Source of the DNA: Bugula neritina
Lineage: Eukaryota > Animalia > Bryozoa
Assembly (NCBI GenBank): GCA_964035545.1
Contig: OZ037767.1
Coordinates: 11,046,581-11,110,580 of the forward strand
Reading direction: 5' to 3'
Length of the DNA stretch: 64,000 nucleotides
The first letter of the stretch is position 1. The number at the start of each line of letters is the position of its first letter. This document shows positions 15,401 to 28,900 of the stretch, piece after piece. The translations under genes were made by a program, and so were the position numbers. The notes beneath the pieces were generated by a model. The model saw only the letters and a program-made list of their open reading frames with translations, was not told the DNA's origin and searched no databases.

Positions 15401-18400
15401 GTAAGCTTTCATACTTTCAGCTTCGTCAACCAAATTTACCAAGTGAAATAAGAAATATGATGTCTTGCATCTTGCAAATACTGGTTTCTTTATATGAGCC
15501 AGTAGCCTTATTTGCAAGTTGAACCTTTTGCAGCTTCTTTTTGCTCACTACAGTCTACCCTCAAACATCAGGACAAGAAATCTTTGCCTGTGAAATTTCA
15601 GTTTGTTGATTCTTCTGTAGCCAGTTGGAATAAAAACTTGTATTCTGTTGCAGGAGAAATAGGACTAAATGGCCCCAGCTGGGCACCAGAGGGCGCTAGC
15701 TATCTGCTGCTGACAACAGATTCACAGAGACGCCATGAGTTCACCTTTGGAACTGAGTTCAACTTCAAAGGTGTTTATTGTTCATACTTTAATCTAAATA
15801 CTACAACAGAGCTAATGTGCGGGTGCTTTCAGTTGTTGTTCATAGCAATGATACATTATCGAGAAAGAGAACTGGAAAAAAGTTCCTTTAATTTATATAA
15901 ATCATGGTCTTACAAAGCAATAACTGAAGAGTGGAACAAATTTAATTTATTTCTTTTATAAGACCATGAATTTATATTTAGACTTCAATTGTTAGAATGC
16001 GGAAAATACAATCATCATTTTTATCTTATCCAGCGTTTAGAGTTATGAGATGTTTGAGTTTGTAGTATATATTCACCATTTTTTATGAATCGACCCCAGG
16101 TCGATCTCAGCCAGTTCAATCTAAAAAGTGTACTTAAATAATTTCAGTGTGTTCAGAAACATGCCATTGTTTTGTAGATGGTGCTTGTGTAAAGTTCAAG
16201 TACAACACGCATGGCCAGTTCTGGGCAGGTAAAAAAATGGAGTTATCGCTGTTGAGTTCAAGGTCAAACAGATACTCGCAAGCAATGTGGAGTTTAGACA
16301 CAACCAACGAAGTCTTGTGGAAAGCTGCAACAGTTTCTATTCCAAAACAACATTTTATGTTTGAAGTATCGAAAATAGTATTGATAGTGAGCGGAAATAG
16401 ACAAACAGTTGATCTAGGATTCGACGATTTGCAAGTAGGGCAAGGATCATGTGACCACTATCCCCAGGATATCTGTCCACAAAATGGTAAGTACCATGAC
16501 AATGTATGCTTGCCATGTAACAGCAATTTTTAAAAATAATCAGCTGCTTTTATGAACAATAGGGTACAATAGAGTATATCAAATTACTAGTCTTGCTAGA
16601 AGTTGGTTTTGAGTCAGCACGTGGTAGTTTCAACTTCTTCATTTAATACTTCCAAAAAATTTTTGCCAAATACTTGGTGTTAATCATATTTGGCAGTCTA
16701 TGACTGGACACAACGATAGTTGCGCTAAAGTTTTTCAACCAATCACAGCAACTCCACAGATAACCTTTGGCTAGCAGCTAGTAATATGATTTAAGGTATG
16801 CCTTACCCTTATGCTACTGACAGTACTGTATAGACGAAACCAAAATACCAGGAATTGTTTTAAAATTGCAACTTGCTTTGGCAAGACTTTGCTTTGGATC
16901 TTTTGATTACAATAGATTTCACTTCATGCAGGCAACCACAAACTTTCCTAATTTACCACAGCAATTACTCTCCTGACCAGAAATTAAACTAGATGGGCTC
17001 TTAAAAGTGGGAAAATATTCTTTTAAATAGACTTAGTACAAGTCTGAGGGCATTTTAGTTGGTATAATTGTAAGAAAATTCTTATTTTTTGCAGAAAATA
17101 TGCAGACTTTAAAATGTGGTTTTGAAAAAGGAGAAAATTGTAGTTGGATAAAAAATGATGGCCTATGGAAAGTGTGGAGAGGGACAACTCCAAATCTAAA
17201 TACAGGGCCGTCATCTGCAGATCAAGGTGTGTGACTAGAGGCAACTAAAAATATGCCAGTATTTCTGTTACTTTAACATTATACTAAGATGACACCCTAA
17301 GCAATTTAACAGCAACAATAAAATTCAAACAGTGGCATTGTCAAATCATGAAACTATTTAGCCTAACTTAAATGAGATGAAATAATCTGGTTCAATAAAG
17401 CAGCCATAAAAATTTGAATTACATGATCAAATCTGTTTTTCTCTTTCACATTTTTAGGAGTACATAACTCCTTTTTCAACTGTCCTTACCTGATACCCAT
17501 ATAATATATTTCACAGGCTCTAATTACATCTATGCAGACACAAGATCGAGTTTGACTTTAGAAATTCCTGGAGGTATATATACAATTCTGCTAATTTTAG
17601 GCTTTTAGCTACTCAATTAAGTTCCTTTACCAGAATGTTTATACTGATTCAACATACTACTGTATGGTAAACAAAAGATCTACATTATTTCAGTTTAAGA
17701 CTGGTTAAATTGTACATTCTATGTGACTATTAATACACAACTTTTTAAATTTATATTTTCATAAGAGTTATATATTTAGTTTACAGTACCTGATACACAT
17801 TTCTATGGTGTATATCTTACCAGTTAGCTGCAGCTGTGTACTTATTTAAAATTATATCTGAATATTCCACGCCTCATGAAGCTTATGATACTATATAATA
17901 TAATGTAACATTCACTTAGAGCTCTTTTGAAAACGTACCAATATTCAAATAGTGTTGAAATATTACATCTTCAGATATACTTCAAGTACTTTTATTTTAC
18001 TATTTTCAGGTCAAGGTTGTTTAGAGGTCAGCTATCACATGACAGGAAAACCTCGTCTAGGTACACTAGCTATACTAGGTGAAAATAAGAGACCAATGTT
18101 CAGAACCAACAGAGATCGTGGTGATCGATGGGTGACTAAGAGACTGAACGTGCTGCTTCCGGGAGGAACCACTGCTTCTAGCAAACCTCAAGTGAGTGCC
18201 GACGAGTGTCTATACACAAAATTTTTACTGCTGTATGAATTACTGACTTTATAATGTGAACATATAGATTAATAGAACTGCTGTAGTAAAAGGAAGTTGA
18301 CAAAAAGACTAAAGGGGAACTTTAAAGTTTTTGCTATGAAAATTAAAAAAACATATATAAATTCACTACCAGATACGCTTTAATCGCTTGAAATGATTAA

Positions 18401-18662
18401 GACAAGTGTGTTGTATGTGATCGGAATAACTGTCATAACATTATTAAATATAGCTTTCATGAACTCCTCCTATAACTAGCCTAGTTGCAGGTAACGTATT
18501 TAGTCAGTACAGGTACTTCTAACATGCTGACTGTATTTAAGTATCACATTTATTTTATTATTTCATTTGCAGATAGTGATACAATACAGAGCTAAAGCAA
18601 ACAGAACCAAAAAAGACGTAGCTATAGATAACATCATATACCGTAAAGGAAGAAGGTGCTGA
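414..18662 (+). CDS. Multi-exon astacin-family (M12A) zinc metalloprotease with EGF, CUB, MAM and about 18 thrombospondin type-1 repeats; 5' end lies upstream of the window
   Basis: Exon 857-1057 encodes HEFLHSLGFGHEHERPDRD (astacin HExxHxxGxxHExxRxDRD) and the SIMHY Met-turn. EGF-like CKNGGYV...CQCFCPPG (about 1680-1906); CUB-like exons (about 3836-5057); EGF+MAM exons (about 5901-9736); TSP1 exons 9940-12465, about 13055-13225, 13335-13548 and 13808-13975; two further MAM-like domains (about 15267-18662). Last exon 18573-18662 ends AIDNIIYRKGRRC-TGA. GT-AG boundaries are phase-compatible where checked. Confidence 0.85.
3606..3790. repeat. Intronic 9-bp minisatellite (tatacacta / tatgcacta)
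   Basis: Visible tandem array ending about 45 bp before the acceptor at 3835. Confidence 0.9.
4535..4737 (-). mobile_element. tRNA-derived SINE, diverged copy 1
   Basis: Similar to 47229-47430 and 54969-55153 (tttatagtcgccatccctgtga...ggaaagggtttt...aggacttattt). Confidence 0.7.
7666..7878. repeat. Intronic minisatellite attcactcacaggtattat
   Basis: About 9 degenerate copies ending about 25 bp before the acceptor at 7903. Confidence 0.85.
9940..12465 (+). CDS. Single 2.5-kb exon encoding 15 tandem TSP1 repeats (part of the astacin gene)
   Basis: ORF 9939-12500 with 15 WxxWxxCSxTCGxG...RxRxC units; acceptor ttgtag at 9939, donor AAAG/gtgaat at 12466. Confidence 0.92.
14117..14941 (+). repeat. 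18/27-nt unit repeat, open frame encoding G/S/A/V-rich units; possible exon
   Basis: ORF 14072-14968 with VGSAVS / IGNGGSAVI units. Confidence 0.85.
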
Positions 18663-18987
18663 TCCAGAAAATGTAGAATCTTAAAAACTGAGCTGTTTAG
18701 ATTGTGTGGTAACTTAATGGAAGCTTTTATTGATATGACGTGTTCAAGTCGTACCAACAAAATAGAAAAATTTATATAAAAGCTCTGTTAGATATAATAC
18801 TGTGTTATAGATTTTTAGTTCAGTAGAAATATTATCCTTTTATATTATTTCAATTTATTTACATGCAATCACTGACCAACAATAGAGATTATTTTCTTTG
18901 ACTTTTATTAATAAACTATAACTTTTACATCAGCTGCTACTTATCACATCGACATTCTATGACTCATGATTCAAGACTCATCTGGTA

Positions 18988-21900
18988 TCAGCTGTTAGTA
19001 TCAGGTAGAGAGTCAGCTACCTGCTGAGTATTGAAATAAGTGTTTATAGTAGCCCTGCATACAGGGCAGTAGGTAAGTCTCTCGGTACACTGAATACAGC
19101 AGCATTTGTGTCGGCATGGCAACAGCACGCAGGAACTGCTCTGAGTCAGACAGACTACACACTCCTCATGCACCCCGCTCGTACTTGGGTATATACTCTA
19201 CAACAGAGTAATACTTGGGTATATACTCTACAACAGAGTAGTACTCGGGTATATACTTTACAATAAAGTAATACTTGGGTATATACTCTACAACAGAGTT
19301 GTACTCGAGTATATACTCTACAACAGAGCAGTACTCGAGTATATACTCTATAACAGAGTTGTACTCGGGTATATACTCTATAACAGAGTTGTACTCGGGT
19401 ATATACTCTACAACAGAGTAGTACTTGATTAGTACAAAGTAGTACTCAGTTAGTAAGAAGTTGTATGCAGTTATCACAGAGTAGTACTCAATTAATAGTA
19501 TCTTATGTATAAAAACACATTATTTACTGGACAGTCTTTGACATAATGGCTGTAAAGTGCAGTCAATAGAACTGCCAAGTGGTTGCAGAGTGCTCCAGTC
19601 TTCAAAATTATGTCATGTACCACCATTATTCAGGTGTGGCCAACATATTTTGCACAATTCAATAAAAAAATTACATATATATGTACAAATAGTACATGCT
19701 TTCACTGTTTGTATCACTAAGACGGTGTATAATTGAAACTAAAGGATTGATTTTACTCGAATAATTCTCTACATTATCATTCACAGTTGAAAATCTCGTG
19801 TTTATTTAACGCCTTCACCCCTGTAAGAACCTCTGATATCAAAGGGAGGGAGGGGGGGGGAAACGAGGAGACTGAGGACTGTGTGGGCGTATACACACAC
19901 AAACGACTATGACTGGATACCCTTTCTGAGTAACAAATGGCTGAGATAGGTGAAGTAATAGAGAAAAGCCTGTGTTCTAGATTAAAAATGTAGCAAAGGA
20001 GCTGTTTTTGCAAGAAGTTCAACCTACACTCCAAACTGAAAGTTTTTTTTAAAAAATTACAGAACTCAGGCTACTAAAATTTTTACAACACTACACATAA
20101 TTTAACCTAATGTTTTCGTTAAACTAGTTTTGCTGAGTGTGTTGAATTCTTAGCGCAATTATGCTATTATGACTCATTCAAATTGATAAGATTTACAGGC
20201 CAGTTCTTGAGGAAATTTATTAAAAAAAAGTGAATAAAAATTTTAAAAGCCTAATGGCTATTTAAATTTCTCCACGACTACACCTAAATGCTGGAGGGGG
20301 ACTTGAACCCATGACTTAGGGCCCACTAAACCAGCTAATTGTGAGATCATGACAGAAAACAACTATACGCAGTCAGTGTTGATTATAATCTACTCACTGT
20401 GAGCCGGTAGAAAATCCCATCTGTATCTCTATAGAACTGAGCAATTATGTAGCTAGTAGGGAGAAGACGATCCTTTACGTGTATGAGACTAACCAGAGTG
20501 TGCTACAACAATACCAACTCTACCGCTCTTTATTTCAACAGGTAGCTCAAGCAAAATCATACAAAGAATACCCCCTGTGTTTTAGAAAAAGCAATGTTCT
20601 GTATGTTATGCAGAGTGCTAGCCAGTGTCACCAATCTAGGTGTGTCTAATTATCACCATGTACATTAGAATTTAGCACAGAACTTTTCTAGAATGTTAGG
20701 AATATATATATAGAACAATATTAAATAATATGGCAGGACAACTCTTATAAATAAACTGGACATAGCAAAAGATGGCTGAATTACATAGGAATGCAGGTAG
20801 AAACACAGAGTGAATGACACACATCTTGAACCTACAGATACCTGGAAGTCAGTAGCGAGTAGGACTAAAGGAAATGAAGATCTGGAGACAGAACCTTCTG
20901 ACAAGGGCGACTGCTCTTCAATTTTTAGATGTTTGATAAACCTTTCAGTTCTGTAATGCAACACAACAAATATATTATTAGAAAAGAGTGATGTAATATC
21001 CTGTTAGATGAACTAGTTTTTAGCACACCACATATCAGCTAGTTAATCATAACATCTCATAGCTAGAAAGATCCTTCAACCTCGCCACCATATCATGACC
21101 AGTACACATGAGGGTAACTATTTTCCATGCACTGCTGCATGAAATCTTATATCTATATGCTATATCCTTGTTTTACTAACCATCGCAGCAACAAATGTCT
21201 AAATTTACAAAGAGCTGAAATGTTGTATAGAATAAGGAAGCTCAAAATAAATAAAAACACAAAAACATTGTAAGCTCCACCCCCAATTATTTAAACCATG
21301 ACACGTAAATTTTCCCAATAAAGAAATCGCCAGGTTTAGAAAGAGAAGTAGAAAAAGTACATTAACACTACTAAATAGGCATCATGTTAATACATTAAAG
21401 CAAAAACAGGCCCTACACCATGACAAATAAATAAACTACATGTAAAAATATTTACCCACTATACTGAGCAACTGTGTGATTTCCATTGCAGCATGATTTC
21501 ACAAGCTGGAAATAATCGTCAGAGCTGAGACCAGGAACCAGCAGTTCTGCCATGACAATGTCTTTGTTGACATGAGAAAAAGGGAAGATGGACCAGCTAC
21601 TTAGTGTCTTCTGATACTTGACTTCTAATGTATCGACTGTACTAGAGCAACTGAAATAGAGGTAAATAATCTGGTATGGTTTATATTGTGACAAGTAGAT
21701 AATTTTGCAACTATAGCTTACAGCTAGCAAACAAAAACAGAGTAACTAATCTGTGAAGAAGTGTATTATGATTTGCAGTAGCAATTACTCAATTATTAAA
21801 AAAGGTAATATATCAAAACTGAAATATTCATTAGATTGAATTATTAGAATACATAATATAAATTCCAAAAGGTATGAATATTTGTATAAAAAAATAAATG

Positions 21901-22739
21901 GTGTGGCATCAATATCTAAAATGATAAAGACCATCGCTTTCCTCTGAGTTTTGAAACATATTCATCGAATACTATTATTGATATCAAATTTCATGTAGGA
22001 ATGGCCCAGGATCTTTCGGGTAAATGATACGAGTTTTTGCTTTAGATTTAGCTAGCACTATTGCAATGGCAGCAAATATGGAGCGAATACATTTTAATAT
22101 TAGCCAAAGTCAGCCTAAAGTTTAGATTGTACAGAGAAAATACTTTTATAAATATCTAATATCAATATCAAACAACAATAAACTGCATGTTAAAAATAAG
22201 AAAAAATACAGTTTTGATATAAAAAAAATGAAAAATTACCTCAAACTGACGTGAAAAGGTATGTTCAGTTCTTTTATGGGAACAGATTGAGCGGAACAAG
22301 TATGTATACTAGAGTAATCTTGAAATAGTAGATGAAACACTCCACCCCACCTGTTACATGACAAGATATTAGTAATGCTGACACTATAAATATCACACCA
22401 CTAGTAATACAGCACTAGTATTTTAACAATTATTATTGTTGAAAAATGCAATATATCTAAAACAAAACACTCAATAGGTGTATCTAAAAAGAATGTATAT
22501 TTCAAAATTCAACTAATTTATATAACTTGTTTAATTGTTTAATAAATTAATTAAATTCACATTTACTTGTTAATAATCAACTAAAGTAAAATAAAGTAAA
22601 ATAAAGTAAAATAACTTTTGTGGGGATAAGAGACTATGTATTTTTAGTACCTGTGTGAAAGAAGAGCCAATATGCATATTAGAACAAAAGTTAGAGGAAT
22701 TATTAAACTGAAGTCTAAGAGTTGGCCAAAGTATTCCAT
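18988..22739 (-). CDS. CGRRF1: Cell growth regulator with RING finger domain 1-like (N-terminal TM helix, C-terminal C3HC4 RING), 6 coding exons
   Basis: Exons 22739-22651 (MEYFGQLLDFSLIIPLTFVLICILALLSHR, hydrophobic), 22350-22240 (...PIKELNIPFHV), about 21650-21456, about 20950-20842 (SFPLVLL), about 20512-20398 (LVSLIHVKD...IIAQF) and 19197-18988 (CVVC...LLPCRHKCCCIQC...CPVCR). Architecture and motif order match CGRRF1 as I recall it. Confidence 0.75.
19181..19425 (-). repeat. 30-bp tandem repeat spanning the acceptor of the last CGRRF1 exon, about 8 copies
   Basis: Minus unit tactctgttgtag/AGTATATACCCAAGTAC. Confidence 0.92.
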
Positions 22740-25700
22740 ATCTCCATGTATCCAAATATTAGTTCCAAGTCTAAAATTTTTACAACAAGCAAAGTTCACT
22801 TTGAGCCTAAATGTTTTAATTCATATTATTAAATAAAAAATTCACGCCCTCTGATTGCTTGTAATCTGATACTGAACTTTCTTTGCAGCCCTAAAATGTT
22901 AGTAAAAAGTCGTGAAGGTTGAGGTTTAGTATATATTTTAAAATAAATAGTTAATAAAAATGCTTTGTCGTTAGCTTTGACCTAAGATTCAAATTTAACA
23001 GCTGCCAAAAATTTCAGATGTACACGCAAAAGTTTATCAGACTTCATTGGAGACTATAACATAAACATAAGTTGACAATAGATAATCATAACGACAATGA
23101 AAATCACCAAATAAATGAATAAATATTAGCACTATATCATAAATATAATTAGGATGATAATGCAGGTGTCTAAAAGCGTAAGACAGCAAGTGTAACTGTA
23201 AGAGTAAGTTTTAGCCTTCAGGAGTAAGTAGCACTGCCACTAGGCCTAACTAGCATAATAACAACCAAAAGCATAATCATAATGATAAATGCATTCACTG
23301 AGTAGCACAATTAATATTTCACTATATGTCAGTGCCACTAGTTGAAGTTACCATTGCATCAATTGTGATTGTTATTATAATCATGATTATCATTTAATTA
23401 ATACTCCTACTGAAACTTATTCAATCACAATGAGTCATTATCATTGTGATTCAATCAATCACAGACACAACCACTGATGATGTCTGTGACAGTTATGGTC
23501 TGATTGTCATTTACATTGTGATTGTCATTGTCAATGTGCTTGTTCACTTGAATTTGAAAATTTATATTTATAAACTTTAAGTTTAATCATTAATTTTAAA
23601 TTTAATCATTAAATTTAATGTTTTTAAACTTAAAGTTTAATCACTAACGCTAACACTAATGGCAACACCCATTGATTTTGTTATACCACTTCAAATTTGT
23701 TCAAAATAAGTTAACATTGCCAGCTCGGCCTTCATTGTGACTAACACAATGACTACCACTTTAGCTCACTATACAATATGAATATTATCATGTTACTAGT
23801 AGTAGACGTAGTAAACCATCTCCTGTATGCAGTAAACATAGACATGCTGTTTCCTGTTGCACCAGCGTATCATGATCGTTAGCATAATGTAGGAAAACGG
23901 AGTTATATGCTCTTTTTCTTGTCTATTTCGCTGTTTCCGACCAATGAACCTTCTTATATAGTTATAGTTCAATGACCAGCAACTTGGAACTGCATATAGA
24001 ACCATCAGCGTGATTTATTCATATCCATCACATCTGAGAACCATTCTATAAAACCAAAGTTACACCCCATTGACCTCAACTCGACCTTGAAAACTATCGC
24101 TATGTAACTGACTTCGGATTTGGAATTAAATTAAATCATTCATCGTATTTGTAGTACAGTTGTAGTCGATGTTATACTAGTAACTGTAATACTAATAGTA
24201 ATAGTAATAACTAATATTAATAAGTATTGTATTTATAACTATTGTCAATAATAATAATAGAATGATTAGTTTAATTTTAAAAATAACTTGATCATCATGA
24301 TCATGATCATCATCATGATCATGATGATGATCAGATGATGATGTTGGACTTGAACTTTAACTTGAGACTCATATTGATATTCAATTATATTCATACAGTT
24401 ACGCTATTAAAGTATTATACTGATACTGGTAGTGATATTGAATAACTGATAATGATACTGATACTTATAAGTTATAATGATAATCATACTGTCAACATCT
24501 ACGACTACTGATCTACTTTTAGACATGAATTATTCTTATTGAATAATGAACTTTAAATTTGAAATGGTCAAGTTGAACTAATGAACCTAATTCGGTAATT
24601 CTTAAACACAGTTTGAGTTTAAATTCTATTTTGAATTTTAAAATTTAAAAAATGAAGGTACTAGTATTACCATTACTATTAGTTTATGTTTAATCTTACA
24701 ATTTAAATTGTAACCTCGTGTAGTCATATTCATATTGTTTGTTGTGATTAGTAATTGATATCATTGGAGAACGTTATACATTTATCCTAGTGGTAATACC
24801 TTTCCTTGCCAAATATGAATATCTAGGAATACTAGTTGGCAAGTACAATAACAATACCAACTACTAGCCTACCACTGCTAGCACTGTGAATGTTGTTTTT
24901 TTTAATACTAACTGCAAATAAGTTATTAAGTTCTAGTTGTACTTAGTCTTGTGCTAAGTCATCACATTTACTGTAATTATGAAATTTACATTAACTATAA
25001 CTAGTTGTAAGATTTATTTTTTCAACTTCAAGTTCATAACCTTAATTTACCTATGGGTATTAGTTTAATTAGTATTACATCTACTGTAAGTATAAAATAT
25101 TAATAGCATGATTATATTCATATCTGTATAACTTAATGGCTCATCATTAGGAGTATCTATTATCACAATTAATATAATTAGGCCTAAAGTATCAGAATGA
25201 CTTGGTTATTAAGGTAATGCCTAAATTAAAGTTTAGTGGTCAGTTTTCGATCTGCTATAACTTTCAGTGGTGTATGTAACAAAATATAAAAAAAATAACA
25301 GGAACACGGTAGTTTTAGATTTAATAATATAAGGCTAAGGTAGAACTCTAGATAAATAGAGTTGACAGATTCAATGAATGTCAGTTAGAGTTAGCTGAGT
25401 CTAGAATGGAAAATATTGATATGAATATGGCAATATGCTAACATCTACATACATATTAATAATTAATATTAAAATTATTTATATGTCAATTCTTAGGTGA
25501 TTAATTGGTTTACCCTACAAAGATATGGTTACAACTAACACTGTTATCATCCTTCATAACTATGAGCATCATCAGGACATTGAATATTATTATGTACTTG
25601 GCCTTATAGCTTTTTTCTACTGTTATAGATGTTCTTATTCTGATTGTGCTTCTCATTGTCAATATGAATATCAATGTGAATTAGAATGTGTTGTGCTTTT

Positions 25701-25973
25701 GAGATGCTATTAAAAATGTAAATGCGGGTGTAAGTTTTAAACTAGCTTTGGCTTCAAGTTTTTAGAATTAATTGAAACTGAGAAAGATGTTGCTGTATTT
25801 TACATATGTCAAATTCTCATGATAAAACAAAGACTATTCAATAATATACAGCTCTGCACCTGCCTCAACAATAATTTTAGAGGTGAAATAACAATTCCAC
25901 ATATTAGATTTGAAAAAATATAGGTAGCCCATTATACGTAATGTTGGATTTTCTTTTTTTAATTTACGTAGCC

Positions 25974-28900
25974 ATGGCAAATAAAGGCAAAAACTATAAA
26001 ATCGAAGCAGAAATTGAAAAACACAGAGCTCACCAGAATTGGGATAAAGCTTTAGAAGTTACAAAGAATCAATGGAGCAACAGCAAATCTGCTAATGGTT
26101 TAGGTATATTTTAGAGCAATAATTTATGAAATTAATATTAGCAACTGATATATCTTGTTTATAATTAGTGCTGCGGACACTGAATCTAATGGCTACGTCA
26201 TCAGCAAGTGAGCCATCATTTTAATTTAGTTAAAGACATGTATGTGCAAAATTTATTCTAAAACCACTATGCTTGGTCACACTACCCCGAAGTTGTATAT
26301 AGCTAATAACCAAGACATATGTGAATAATTTAACACTGAATAAATGTAATGTACCAGGGAGTCTAAGCTAAATTATTATTTGAATTATTTCTAACATTGC
26401 ATATAAAAGAAAGTTTTAAAATAAGTTTGCCTAATAACTAAAAAACAGTATTGTTTTCTTTCCAGCTGATTTGAATGGTAAGTAAGCCTCAAACTATAAA
26501 ATGTTAAACTTTGTTTATTCATGCAAAGATTTCCTTGGGTCTCAAAGGTTTTTAATCTTGTGACACATTAACTGGCTAGTAACTCCATCACGTACCTTAT
26601 ACCTTATCCTATTCCAAGTCTAGACTAGTTCTAACATCTCTAATAACCCTAATTGACCAAGTAACACGTATTTGTGCATCCCACAATCACTTTGTTCTCA
26701 GTCTGAGTCATATAACAGTTGACCAATCAGCTCCTTGCTTGGCATGATTCACTATCTCGTGATGAATTCAAAGCATTTTGTATTTTTTTAGTTCACATGT
26801 TAATTTTTTTGTTCACATTGTTCTCCTGTTGTCCTGCAATAATTTGCCAAGCTAATTGTCCGTTTATTACATACTAATAACATACCCAACCACAATTCTA
26901 CCTGTGTACGCTCTGCTATCATTCTTATATTGTTGGGGTTTTTCCTTTCAAGAGGTTGCAAGAGATAAGCTGCACCAAGGTAGGTACTGAGGCTACATGA
27001 GTCATAGTTGTCTATACTTCTAGTATTAGCTGAGTTACTCTACATTGTGTCACTCAGAACATGGGGTGGGGCAGAGGTTATCTCGTTAGAATTTGAGTTC
27101 TATTCTACTGCATGCATTGGCAAAGGTAGTAGAAAATTGTAAGTCTTATTACAAACAGTATTGTAAAGTTTAAAGAACTAAATGTGTCCATAACATTGAC
27201 ATTTTACAATATCTGTTGTATCTGTTGTCAGTTAGCATTGCAAGTTTAGACATCCGATATATTATTGGAGTTGTCTTCCAATGTGTCTTATAAGTTGTGG
27301 TGTAGTGGATCAATATGAGATGAACTGACATGTGGGGAGATTTGCAATAGAATGTTATAAGGGTCCGTGGTGCGGACAACTACACGTATATAAGCTCTAT
27401 TTTGGACACCTCACAGCACTTTTAAATGCTTTCCTTTATTCAGTTTTTGCCAAATGTTGTGGCTATGAAAGAAGATGCATGTATCACTAAATTAGAATGT
27501 TCTTAAAACAGATTGATTTTATGAAACAATATGTTTTTTAATTTGTAAAATGTTGTTTAAACTTGCACTGCTTTTAGTGATATTCGTATGGCATATAAAC
27601 AGAATTATTTTATTATATCTCGTTTGTTGTTACATGTACATTTAAATGTAATGTTGCTGTATTATATGGAATCATGTTACTCTCCATTTATATTTACCTG
27701 CATGTCCGTGCCCAGCTGTTTGTGTTTGTATTGAGTTGGCATGATAATTCATATAGAAAGTTCACTTTAACATGCATTTTCGCAGCCAGAATTTTAAAGA
27801 TTACAACTCGACATATCTGTGTTGATGAATTTAATCGAATTATTTATCATGGAAATGGCCTAAAATAGCAATTCATGTGACATCAGTTTAGTTCTTATGG
27901 CACTTCTAATTGGCTGTGCAGATACTAGCCTACACATTATTGGTTCACGGTTGTGTACGTGTTGTGAACTTGTTAGATGTCGTCTCCAACTTGCTGCACG
28001 GAGAGAAGGAGCTAGAATCTTACCTCCGGGCTAACCCACCCAGCGAAGAGAATGTTGGGAAGGCGAAGGAAAGCCTGGCCAGTGCTGAGAAACACCTGCG
28101 TTACGTGTCTACAAGGTGTCCTAAAGAGAAGGTAGTATAACCTCCTATCTCTGGTATAGATTCCTTTCAGCACTCAACAATGCTTGACCTTCACTGTAAT
28201 TATTTTTACAGATATTCTGCCTTGAATAATGTCTAATTGTAGCTCTAACTTTTTTAATTTTTTTGTGCTATTTTCAAGCTTGATAGACTAGCAACTAGGT
28301 GACATGAGCAATATTATAGGTTGGGGAGGGTAATCTTCTAGGTTAGAGAAGGGCAGGGGCATAGGGGATTATCTGCTACTTGAACTTTTATTGTGAATAA
28401 AACAGGAGACGTTGAAGCGGGAGGCGGTGCTGCTGCTAGTCAAGCTGCTCTTTGCTCAGGCCAGGTACACGGATGCGTTGAATGAGTTTGACAGTATCAG
28501 TGTTGACGCCCTCACTATTCACTCCATCACCAACAGAATGCTCAAGATACTAGCTGAGGGCCTGGCTGTCAAAGGTACTGTTATATACACCGGCACCTAT
28601 GGGACCTGTAGTGATGTGTAGTGTGGCATACTGTGTGATGTGTAGTGTGACATACTGTGTGATGTATAATGTGACATACTGTGTGATGTGTAATGTGACA
28701 TACTGTGTCCGCATATTTCATGTGAATATTTGTTTCAAGATTTGTCTACACAATATATAGAGTACACACGTGTTGTTTCAGCCATGTGCATGGAGAAGCT
28801 GATAGACCAGGGAGTTAGAGAAAGAACCCCGCAGTCAGAGGAGATGATTATCAAATATTATGAGCAAGCAGGAGATATTCTGCTCGTTTACCTTCAAAAC

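Noticed and set aside
23796-24050. Higher-complexity island in the intergenic region; possible snoRNA or small gene
   Set aside because: No convincing C/D or H/ACA layout, splice signals or recognisable protein.
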